Source: Candidatus Calditenuis fumarioli | Lineage (GTDB): Archaea; Thermoproteota; Nitrososphaeria_A; Caldarchaeales; Calditenuaceae | Reading direction: 5' to 3' | DNA: 64,000 nt | Assembly (NCBI GenBank): GCA_030059665.1 | Contig: JANVYR010000001.1 | Span: forward strand, 256,001-320,000 | Part shown: positions 47,446 to 55,395 of the stretch, piece after piece | Layout of the letters: each line of letters opens with the position of its first letter | Numbering within the stretch: position 1 is the first letter of the stretch | Program-made: the position numbers and the translations under genes | The notes under the pieces: generated by a model | What the model saw: the letters and a program-made list of their open reading frames with translations, nothing else | What the model was told of the DNA's origin: nothing | Databases searched by the model: none

Positions 47446-47556
47446 GCCCCTAAGCCCCTTCGCTGGCAGCGGCTCCGTCCTTTAACCTAAACCGTCGACG
47501 CGGAGGAGCACGACGATGGGAACCACGCATTTTAACGGCCTACATCCAAGCAGTGT

Positions 47557-48096
47557 GTGCGCGTCAGGGTTCTGGAGTCGAGATCGATCTACAAGGGCAG
47601 GACCGTGGGCCTCAGGGTCGAGCGGATAGAGGTCGACGGGAGGGAGGTCGTGCGGGAGATCGTCGAGCACCGAGGTGCCGCCGTGGTGGTTCCGGTGCGT
47701 GATGACGGTAAGCTCGTCCTCGTGAGGCAGTACCGGAGGGCCGTCGACGAGGTGCTGCTGGAGTTCCCCGCTGGAACGCTCGAGCCAGGCGAGGACCCCG
47801 AGGGCTGCGCGAGAAGGGAGCTGATGGAGGAGACGGGCCACGAGGCCCTGGAGCTGGAGAGGCTCGGGACGATATACCCCGCACCGGGCTACACCTCGGA
47901 GGTCATCCACGTCTTTCTAGCCAGGGCCAGGCCTGTCGGACGGGGAACGCCGGAGGCGGACGAGCAGATCGAGGTGGTGCTGATGGGGTTCGACGAGCTG
48001 CTGGAGAAGGTGATCTCAGGAGAGGTGAAGGACGCGAAGACGATAGCAGGGGCCTTCCTCGCTCAGGTCAGACTGCGAGGTCGCGGAGGGGCGTAG
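47557..48096 (+). CDS. NUDIX hydrolase (ADP-ribose pyrophosphatase-like)
   Basis: Nudix box GTLEPGEDPEGCARRELMEETG. Confidence 0.92.
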   Translation: MRVRVLESRSIYKGRTVGLRVERIEVDGREVVREIVEHRGAAVVVPVRDDGKLVLVRQYRRAVDEVLLEFPAGTLEPGEDPEGCARRELMEETGHEALELERLGTIYPAPGYTSEVIHVFLARARPVGRGTPEADEQIEVVLMGFDELLEKVISGEVKDAKTIAGAFLAQVRLRGRGGA

Positions 48097-48137
48097 ACGT
48101 CTCAGCTTTATCCTCTGGGTTTCCCGATTGAGAGAGG

Positions 48138-49199
48138 ATGCAGCCGAGCGAGAGGGACGTGCTCGAGGCGCTCAGGCGGGTGAGGGACCCGGAGCTAGGC
48201 ACCGACGTGGTCAGCATGGGGATGATCAAGGACCTCAGGGTGGAGGGCGGCAGGGTCTCCTTCACGCTGGAGCTCACAACGCCCGCGTGCCCCTTCAACG
48301 AGCAGCTGAAGGAGGAGGTGCTGAGGGCGGTTAGGTCCGTGAAGGGCGTGACGGACGTCTCGATGGAGGTGAGGTCGCGAGTCCCCTCGACGAGGCCCCA
48401 GCTCCCCAACCTCGCACCGGTTCCTGGCGTGAAGAACGTCGTGGCCGTCGCGAGCGGCAAGGGCGGCGTCGGGAAGTCCACAATTGCGGTCAACCTCGCG
48501 GCTGCGCTCTCGGTCATGGGCGCCAGGACGGGCCTTCTGGACGCGGACGTCTACGGTCCCACGGTTCCCCGCTTCATCAGGGACTACAGGGTTCCGGTGG
48601 TGAGGGGGAAGGACAGGAAGGTGGAGCCTGCGGTGGGGCCGAACGGGCTGAAGCTGATCTCCCTGGGCATGCTCGTGGAGGAGGAGACGCCGGTCATCTG
48701 GAGGGGGCCCCTGGTCGGGTCGGCGGTGAGGCAGCTGCTATTCGACGTCGACTGGGGCGAGCTGGACTACCTGATCGTCGACCTCCCTCCCGGGACCGGT
48801 GACGCCCCCCTCACCCTGGCGCAGAGCGTGCCGATCTCGGGCGTCGTGATCGTGACGACTCCTCAGCAGGCAGCAGTCGCGATAGCGATGAAGGCCCTGA
48901 GGATGTTCCAGAAGCTCGGCGTGCCGATCATCGGGATCGTCGAGAACATGTCGTATCTGAGGTGCGGACACTGCGGGAACGTCGTCAGGGTCTTCGGCGA
49001 CAGCTGGGCCAGGAGGGCGGCCCTTGAGGCGGGCGTCCCCTTCCTCGGGGAGATACCGATGGACCCGGAGATACTCGAGGGGAGCGAGTCGGGAACGCCT
49101 GTGGTCTTCTCGAACCCAGATTCGGAGGGCGCGAAAGCGCTGAGGGAGGTCGCACGGCGCGTCGCCGGGAGGGTGAGCGTGCTCGCGGTGGGGAGGTGA
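48138..49199 (+). CDS. apbC: Mrp/NBP35 (ApbC) Fe-S carrier with N-terminal DUF59 domain
   Basis: DPELG..TTPACP, SGKGGVGKST, WRGP, DLPPGTGD, ENMS..CGHC. Confidence 0.93.
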   Translation: MQPSERDVLEALRRVRDPELGTDVVSMGMIKDLRVEGGRVSFTLELTTPACPFNEQLKEEVLRAVRSVKGVTDVSMEVRSRVPSTRPQLPNLAPVPGVKNVVAVASGKGGVGKSTIAVNLAAALSVMGARTGLLDADVYGPTVPRFIRDYRVPVVRGKDRKVEPAVGPNGLKLISLGMLVEEETPVIWRGPLVGSAVRQLLFDVDWGELDYLIVDLPPGTGDAPLTLAQSVPISGVVIVTTPQQAAVAIAMKALRMFQKLGVPIIGIVENMSYLRCGHCGNVVRVFGDSWARRAALEAGVPFLGEIPMDPEILEGSESGTPVVFSNPDSEGAKALREVARRVAGRVSVLAVGR

Positions 49200-49203
49200 C
49201 GTC

Positions 49204-49674
49204 ATGGAGAGGCTGAGGACGCTCCCTCCGACGGGCGTCTACAGGAAGGGAGAGCTCGACCTGCTCGAGGTGCTGAGGTCCCTCGAATCGGTGTACTCCG
49301 ACGGCTCGGTCGGCGCGATGGCCACGTTCCTCGGGGTCGCGCGGTCCACCAGCAGCGACGGGCGGGAGGTCGTCGAGGTCCACATGGAGGCCTACGCCGA
49401 GAACGCGGAACGCGAGCTCTCGAGGATCGTCTCCGAGTGCGTCAGCAAGTACTCGCTCCGGTTCGGCGGGATATGGCACCTTCTGGGGAGCTTCTCGCCG
49501 GGTGAGCCGATCGTCCTGGTGGTCTCTCTTGGCCCCAGGAGGAGGGAGGTATTCGCGGCGCTGCAGGAGATGGTCGAGCGGTACAAGCGCGAGCCGGCGC
49601 TGTTCAAGCGCGAGACCTTCCGGGACGGTTCGCACAGGTGGGTCGGAGAGGAGGAGATGTTCCGGGAGGGATGA
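49204..49674 (+). CDS. moaE: Molybdopterin synthase catalytic subunit
   Basis: GAMATFLGVAR, EAYAE, HLLG, FKRE motifs. Confidence 0.85.
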   Translation: MERLRTLPPTGVYRKGELDLLEVLRSLESVYSDGSVGAMATFLGVARSTSSDGREVVEVHMEAYAENAERELSRIVSECVSKYSLRFGGIWHLLGSFSPGEPIVLVVSLGPRRREVFAALQEMVERYKREPALFKRETFRDGSHRWVGEEEMFREG

Positions 49675-49695
49675 GGCAGAGGTCCGGGCACGTCT

Positions 49696-51033
49696 TCAGC
49701 TCCTGGCCTCCTGGTCGCTGACCTTCAGCACCTCGTCGAGGACCTCGATCCCTCGATCGATCTCCCGCTCGGTTGCGATCAGCGGTGGCGCTATCACCAG
49801 GTTGTTCACGTAACCGAGGACGTACACTCCTCTCTTGAGCGCCTCGGCCGCGAGCCTCTCGGCCATCACCGGCCTCCCCTCGTACTTGTCCTGATAGGTG
49901 CTGAAGGGCTCCCTGGTCCTCCGGTCCCTGGTGAGGTCTATCGCCCAGAACATCCCAATCCCCCTCACCTCTCCCACCGACCTGTGCTTCTCCCCCAGCT
50001 CCCTCAGCCTTCGCTCGAGGTACCTGCCGACGCGCTCGACGTTCTCCCAGATCCTGAGGCGCCTGTACTCCTGGATCGCGGCCTTGGCCGCGGCCAGCGC
50101 GACCGGGTGGGCCTCGTAGGTGTGACCGTGGGCGAAGAAGTTCTCCTCGAAGTGCTCCGCGATCTCCTTGCTCACCGCGGTCAGCGCCAGAGGCACGTAT
50201 GAGGACGTGAGGCCCTTGGCGGTCACGAGGATGTCCGGCTTGACGCCCCAGTGCTCGACCGCGAACCATTTTCCTGTCCTGAACCAGCCGGTCATCACCT
50301 CGTCGTCGATGAGCAGGACGTCGTTCTCTCGGGCTATCTCCTGCAACCTCTCCATGTAACCCGGAGGTGGAACTATGACGCCGTTGGTCCCGACGACTGG
50401 TTCGAAGAGGATGCCAGCGACGCCGAACTCGTTCTTGACGATGTGGTCTATCACCTCGACGCACGCTATACCGCACTCCGGATACCTGAGCTTGAAGGGG
50501 CACCTGTAGCAGTAGGGCGGAGGTGCGAAGACCACGTCACCTGCCTTCCCGAAGTGCTCGACGAACCACCTCCTCACCTCACCGCTCGCGGCTATCGAGC
50601 CCATCGTGGAGCCGTGGTAGGAGAAGTACCTAGAGACGATCTTCGGCCTGCCGGTCTTGAGGCGTGCGATCTTCAGGGCGGCCTCTATCGCGTCGGTTCC
50701 TGATGTCGAGAAGAAGAACTTCTCCAGGTTATCCGGCAGGACCTCCTTCAGGAGCTTCGCGACCTCCGCCTTCACCTGGGTGGTCATTGACGGTATGATG
50801 TAGGGGAGCCTCTGGATCTGTTCCGTGACGGACTCGACTATGGCCCTGTTCGAGTAGCCCAGGTTGACGCAGACCAGCATCGAGGAGAGGTCGAGGATAT
50901 CTTTTCCGGAGGCGTCGTGGAGGTAGCAGCCCTCGCCGCCGACGACGTTGAGGGGGCTCCAGTCGCGCTGTTTCCTCCAGGTCCCGAAGAGGTGGCGCCT
51001 CGTTACGGAGGAGACGTCGTTGTCCGAGCTCAA
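49696..51033 (-). CDS. Class III aminotransferase (omega-amino acid/taurine type)
   Basis: GGEGCYL, SYHGST, DDEVMTGWFRTG, TAKGLTSSY (PLP Lys), HGHTY. Confidence 0.93.
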   Translation of the reverse strand: MSSDNDVSSVTRRHLFGTWRKQRDWSPLNVVGGEGCYLHDASGKDILDLSSMLVCVNLGYSNRAIVESVTEQIQRLPYIIPSMTTQVKAEVAKLLKEVLPDNLEKFFFSTSGTDAIEAALKIARLKTGRPKIVSRYFSYHGSTMGSIAASGEVRRWFVEHFGKAGDVVFAPPPYCYRCPFKLRYPECGIACVEVIDHIVKNEFGVAGILFEPVVGTNGVIVPPPGYMERLQEIARENDVLLIDDEVMTGWFRTGKWFAVEHWGVKPDILVTAKGLTSSYVPLALTAVSKEIAEHFEENFFAHGHTYEAHPVALAAAKAAIQEYRRLRIWENVERVGRYLERRLRELGEKHRSVGEVRGIGMFWAIDLTRDRRTREPFSTYQDKYEGRPVMAERLAAEALKRGVYVLGYVNNLVIAPPLIATEREIDRGIEVLDEVLKVSDQEARS

Positions 51034-51259
51034 CGGGTCCAGCTCGCGTGCGGCAGTTAGTAAATTTTGGTCGACGGCTTGACCAGGGAATGGGGCGTCG
51101 TTACTGGAACCGTGGATCTACGCTCATCACCTGCTCCTGCTTCCACGCATCGGTTAAAGCAAAGGAGTGATGTCAAAAGGCAACTGAGGTAATACCATTT
51201 TTCAGCAACTGATAAGTCCTTAGAATTGAGTTGATATTGAGATTCAATTTTTCGCGCAT

Positions 51260-51402
51260 CGAGCAGCATATATAAATCACCTATATGAATTTTGCTGAAG
51301 AAGACCCCCATCATCTTAAAATAGAGGTCGAAAAATTCATCCGTGAGAAGGGGTGGCGCGCGGGAAGCCGCGCGGAGCCTGAAATTCCCGAAATCGGGAA
51401 CG
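51260..51402 (+). promoter_or_regulatory. CRISPR leader
   Basis: AT-rich, TATATAAAT at about 51269-51278, TTAAAA at about 51316; hairpin TTCCCG-AAAT-CGGGAA just upstream of repeat 1. Confidence 0.6.
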
Positions 51403-51920
51403 GTGATCCCGAGAGAGGGAGTTGAAAGCCCAGCCCTCCATGTGTTGGTACACCCTCCAGAATGCGCTGTGATCCCGAGAGAGGGAGTTGAAAGGACTGT
51501 CCTTGAAAATTATCTTGACATCTCGAATTGTCGGTGATCCCGAGAGAGGGAGTTGAAAGCCAGCCCGAGGGACCGGATGAGGTCCCCCACCTCCCCGGGG
51601 TCGAGTGATCCCGAGAGAGGGAGTTGAAAGAGCAGCATCCTCGGGCTCGTCGCGAACAGCTCGTACTCCTGGAGTGATCCCGAGAAAGGGAGTTGAAAGA
51701 TGGATCTGCGTCTCTGTTGAGCTCCATGAACCTCATTATCAGGGGTGATCCCGAGAGAGGGAATTGAAAGTATCCTGAAGGCCACCGCCTGTTCGTCCCG
51801 CGCTCTCGGTTTATTGTTTAGTGATCCCGTGAGAGGGAGTTGAAAGTCCGCCGTAGGCAGCCGTCCGGCGGTGTTCCTCACGAACCGCCCGTTCGTAATC
51901 CCGAGAGGGGGAGTTGAAAG
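51403..51920 (+). CRISPR. CRISPR array: 8 x 26-nt repeat GTGATCCCGAGAGAGGGAGTTGAAAG, 7 spacers (40, 39, 45, 43, 45, 50, 48 nt)
   Basis: Repeats start at 51403, 51469, 51534, 51605, 51674, 51745, 51821, 51895; the last four carry substitutions; 3' TTGAAAG end and leader position give + orientation. Confidence 0.97.
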
Positions 51921-51985
51921 GTCCGACCAGCGCCGTGCGAAGGGCGACGAGGTCCTTATAGCCCGTCTCTGCGACGGTCTGATGG

Positions 51986-52252
51986 TTGAGGCAGGCGAAG
52001 TACCTGGTCGAGGTCCGCGCTGCCAAGAGGGCCTTCAGGGTCGACAAAGAGCTCGAGGAGGCTCTGAAGGGAACCCTCAGCTCGAAGATGATCTCCAGGA
52101 TGAAGCGGGAGTACGTCGAGTGCCCGGTCGCCGGCAAGGAGGTGGCCTTCCTCCTCTGCTACAGCTGCGTCTCCTTCATCCGAAGGGTATCGGGCGTCGT
52201 CCACTGCGAGGGCGTCGAGTTCCGCATCAAATCGAAGGGGGAGGGCGGTTGA
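51986..52252 (+). CDS. Small archaeal hypothetical protein with Cys/His cluster
   Basis: ECPV...LCYSC...HC; host-like codons. Confidence 0.7.
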   Translation: MRQAKYLVEVRAAKRAFRVDKELEEALKGTLSSKMISRMKREYVECPVAGKEVAFLLCYSCVSFIRRVSGVVHCEGVEFRIKSKGEGG

Positions 52253-52506
52253 ACCAGGGCCTGATGATCTCGGGGATCCTCGTGGCGCTCTTCGGCTTCA
52301 TCATCGCGGTGATGGGTTTCCTGATGTTCGCGCTCTTCGTGCCGTTGGGGGTGCTGATGTTCATCGCTGGCATCTACGCCAAGCCCTCCGAACCCGTCGT
52401 GCCCAGCGACCCGAGCAAGAAGTTCTGCTGGTACTGCATGGAGGAGATAGGGAAGGAGGAGAAGGTGTGCCCGTACTGCGGACTGGAGCAGCTGGACCGA
52501 GAGTGA
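52249..52506 (+). CDS. Small two-TM protein with C-terminal Zn ribbon
   Basis: Hydrophobic hairpin, then CWYC-x10-CPYC; TTG 52249 overlaps the upstream stop. Confidence 0.75.
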   Translation: MNQGLMISGILVALFGFIIAVMGFLMFALFVPLGVLMFIAGIYAKPSEPVVPSDPSKKFCWYCMEEIGKEEKVCPYCGLEQLDRE

Positions 52507-52580
52507 GTTGTGGTCCGCCTGACCCACGTGCCCTCACCGACCGGCCCGGAGGCCTGCTCGGGCACGCTTAGGCGCGGACC
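52506..52580 (-). ncRNA. Candidate single-hairpin H/ACA pseudouridylation guide RNA
   Basis: Lower stem GGUCCGC/GCGGACC, upper stem CGUGCC/GGCACG, tandem GA/GA K-turn, C(UCCG)G tetraloop, ACA right after the lower stem, 15 nt from upper stem to ACA. Confidence 0.7.
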
Positions 52581-53062
52581 GTTCTTCGGTTGTGCTCCGG
52601 CTCCTTAAGGAGCTTTACGCCAGACCGAGGGAGTCTTGAAGAGTCGTACCCAAAGACCATCAGGTCGCGTCCCCAACACCTCCCCGCACGGCTAAGCGGT
52701 CCTACGGACCAGAGACCCACCCGTCCCCCACTTCGTTGGCTCCGCTGAAAGGCCGCCGTTACGGATCCCGCATCTCCGTTACGCGATCCGGCATCGGGCT
52801 CATTGGTTTTCAACTGAATCAATTGGCAGTACAATGTTTGACAACTGCCCATCAATAGCGCTCACCAGAATTTACATTGCTTGAAACCACGTGAAATTTC
52901 CGATCAATCATCTAGCAAATTGCTGAACATTTGGAATCCGCAAAGAATAAGACAGTCCTTCAGCAAGATTTATGAGCTGCTCGGTTTTATGGCGACGACA
53001 AGATTGACGATGACCGGAATTGCAACTCAATTCGTCAATGAGGGTGGGGGTGAGTTGGCAAA

Positions 53063-54370
53063 GTGATGGGTGAGCAGGTTGGACGGACGGAAGAGAGGAC
53101 TCCACTCTTAGTGGACAGATATCTGAACATACCGAGGCAGACCTCTCCGGAGTTCTGGAGCGTCGCCAGAATAGAGCACATCAGGAGGCTGGCCGCCACG
53201 GGCAGGCCGGCGTACGTCTGGGACCCGTGCAAGGAGGGCTCGATGAGGGTCCTGGACAGGCTGCGCTTCCGGAGGGAGCTCGAGGACCCAGTGGCATCGG
53301 CGGACGGTCTGGAGGTCCCCGACGACGTCGAGGTGGGGTGCGAAATCGCCTACGGCCGCATCAGGATGTCGGTTCCCCTCTACCTGGGTGACATGTCCTT
53401 CGGAGCGCTGAGCGGCGTCCCCAACGTGGCCCTCGCGAGGGCAGCGGACTCCACCGGCGTGCTCTGCGGAATCGGAGAGGGAGGGGTACATCCGGAGGTG
53501 GCTAAGTGCAGGCGCATCGTCGTCCAGTGGGCATCTGCCAGGTTCGGCCTCAACCTCCACCTGATCAGGCTCGGAGAGGGCGTGGTGATCAAGATCGGTC
53601 AGGGCGCGAAGCCGGGGATAGGAGGGCACCTGCCGGGAGCGAAGGTCGTCGAGGTGATCTCCAGGACGAGGAGGATACCGGTGGGGACCGACGCGATATC
53701 GCCGGCGCCGCACCACGACATCTACTCGATCGAGGACCTGGAGCAGAGGATATGGGCCCTGAAGGAGGCGACGGGCAAACCGGTCTTCGTGAAGGTCGCG
53801 GCCACCAACTACGTGGCCTACGTCGCTGCCGGCGTAGCGAGGATGGGTGCTGACGGGATCATCATCGACGGCCACGGAGCTGGGACTGGGGCAGCTCCAG
53901 CTGCGGTCAGGGACAACGTCGGGATACCTGTGGAGCTTGCGGTGGCTACGGCCGACGCGATGCTGAGGAGAGAGGGGATGAGGGATGGGTTCACCGTGAT
54001 AGCCGCTGGCAGGGTAAGCAGCGCTGAGGACGCGGCCAAGCTGATGGCGCTCGGTGCGGACTGCGTCTCGATAGGCACGGCGGCCCTGATAGCCATGGGG
54101 TGCATCATGGTCCACAAATGCCACCTCGGCTTCTGCCCGGCGGTGATCACCAACCGCATCGAGGACAACCCGAAGAAGGTGCTCTCGCCCGAGTTCGCCC
54201 AGAGGTGCGTTGAGAACCTGATCCGAGGGTGGAGTGGCGAGCTGAAGCTGATCCTGGAGAGGCTTGGACTGAGGCGGGTCACGGATCTCGTGGGCCGGAG
54301 GGACCTTCTGGTCGGCATCGGGCTTCGGGAGCCTACGCTGGGGGTTCTGGGGGTTGAGGGTCTACAGTAA
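53063..54370 (+). CDS. Glutamate synthase FMN/3Fe-4S subunit (GltB2-type)
   Basis: [40 protein letters not shown]-x5-C-x4-C. Confidence 0.93.
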   Translation: MMGEQVGRTEERTPLLVDRYLNIPRQTSPEFWSVARIEHIRRLAATGRPAYVWDPCKEGSMRVLDRLRFRRELEDPVASADGLEVPDDVEVGCEIAYGRIRMSVPLYLGDMSFGALSGVPNVALARAADSTGVLCGIGEGGVHPEVAKCRRIVVQWASARFGLNLHLIRLGEGVVIKIGQGAKPGIGGHLPGAKVVEVISRTRRIPVGTDAISPAPHHDIYSIEDLEQRIWALKEATGKPVFVKVAATNYVAYVAAGVARMGADGIIIDGHGAGTGAAPAAVRDNVGIPVELAVATADAMLRREGMRDGFTVIAAGRVSSAEDAAKLMALGADCVSIGTAALIAMGCIMVHKCHLGFCPAVITNRIEDNPKKVLSPEFAQRCVENLIRGWSGELKLILERLGLRRVTDLVGRRDLLVGIGLREPTLGVLGVEGLQ

Positions 54371-55391
54371 GCGCCTCGGGATGGACGACAGGACGCTGTC
54401 CCATCTGAGGCAGATGTCCGGGGTCGAGGGGAGGATGCCCGGGGAGCCGCCGATAGTCAGCATGGGATCAACCGCACCGCCGTTCGTCGAGCAGCCGCGA
54501 GCCGTCCTTGACCACATCGTCTCCGACGGAGCTCAGGTCACTCGGCCCAGCATAGACCCATACCGGGAGCCGGTGGAGACGTCCGTTCACATCTTCGGAG
54601 GCGCCGTAAGGCTCTCGATGCCGCTCGGCGTATCGGGCCTCAGCGACCTCTTGGAAGGCCTCGTCGAGGAGGTGGTCAGGACCTGCTACCGGATGGGCGT
54701 GCTGGCGGACCTCTTCGGTCTCCACTACGAGCCATCGTCGGTCGAAGGCAGGGGGGATTACGTCCTCACGCACGCCGTTAGAGGAACTGCGGCCGCGAGG
54801 AACGTTCAGGTCGTGGTGCTCGGCGATGACGACGTAGACCCTCAGCTGGTCGAACGCATTCGGGCGGAAGGGAGGAGACCGGTGGCCAGGGTACCGTCTA
54901 CCGGAACCGCGGACCTCTACAGGGCAGTGGCGTCGGCACGCTTCGACGCGATCGTCATCGACGAAGACCTCGAGGGCGATACCGAGGTGGACCTGGAGCT
55001 GGCCGTGGCGCTCTGCGACAGGGTCCTTAGGGATCCTTCGATGGGAGGCGGAAGGTTGCGCTACTCGGTCACCCTCATCGCCACGTCATCGCGACTGCGG
55101 GGATCCGGCGACGTCTTCAAGCTCCTCGGGCTGGGGGCCGAGGTAGTTTTGCTGAAGGACTCCTGGAAGCTCGGGACCAACGTCTCCCGCGACACGCGAC
55201 CATCGGTCCTTGCGGAGAGGCTCGAGAACTTGCTGCTCGGAATGCAGAAGGAGCTGAAGCTGCTGGCCGGTGCGGCCGGTGCCAGCTCCCTCCACTCCAC
55301 CGTCTGCGGCAACCGGGAGCTCTTCAGGGCCGTGGAACTCGACGGTCGGGTCCTTGAAGCTCTGGGGGTGAAGGCTGCTGGGAGCTGGTGA
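54354..55391 (+). CDS. Degenerate glutamate synthase barrel subunit (central-domain-like)
   Basis: [12 protein letters not shown] and KLLGLGA remnants; lacks GQGAKPG and the Fe-S Cys. Confidence 0.75.
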   Translation: MRVYSKRLGMDDRTLSHLRQMSGVEGRMPGEPPIVSMGSTAPPFVEQPRAVLDHIVSDGAQVTRPSIDPYREPVETSVHIFGGAVRLSMPLGVSGLSDLLEGLVEEVVRTCYRMGVLADLFGLHYEPSSVEGRGDYVLTHAVRGTAAARNVQVVVLGDDDVDPQLVERIRAEGRRPVARVPSTGTADLYRAVASARFDAIVIDEDLEGDTEVDLELAVALCDRVLRDPSMGGGRLRYSVTLIATSSRLRGSGDVFKLLGLGAEVVLLKDSWKLGTNVSRDTRPSVLAERLENLLLGMQKELKLLAGAAGASSLHSTVCGNRELFRAVELDGRVLEALGVKAAGSW

Positions 55392-55395
55392 GGGA

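Noticed and set aside
51168-51212. C/D-box-like pattern GTGATGT...CTGA...CTGA
   Set aside because: Imperfect C box, no C' box, AT-rich guides with no recognisable rRNA complement
51560-51604. Possible self-targeting of spacer 3 against the tat genes
   Set aside because: Only 11-12-nt matches; not significant in GC-rich DNA
51311-51881. ORFs across the CRISPR array
   Set aside because: Periodic peptides (FQLPLSGS, LSTPSLGIT) are translations of the repeats
52510-52760. 5S rRNA, SRP RNA, RNase P RNA or TPP riboswitch
   Set aside because: Diagnostic motifs absent on both strands (no GAACCCGGAAGTTAAG, no AGG-GNRA-AGCA helix 8, no GAGGAAAGTCC, no CTGAGA)
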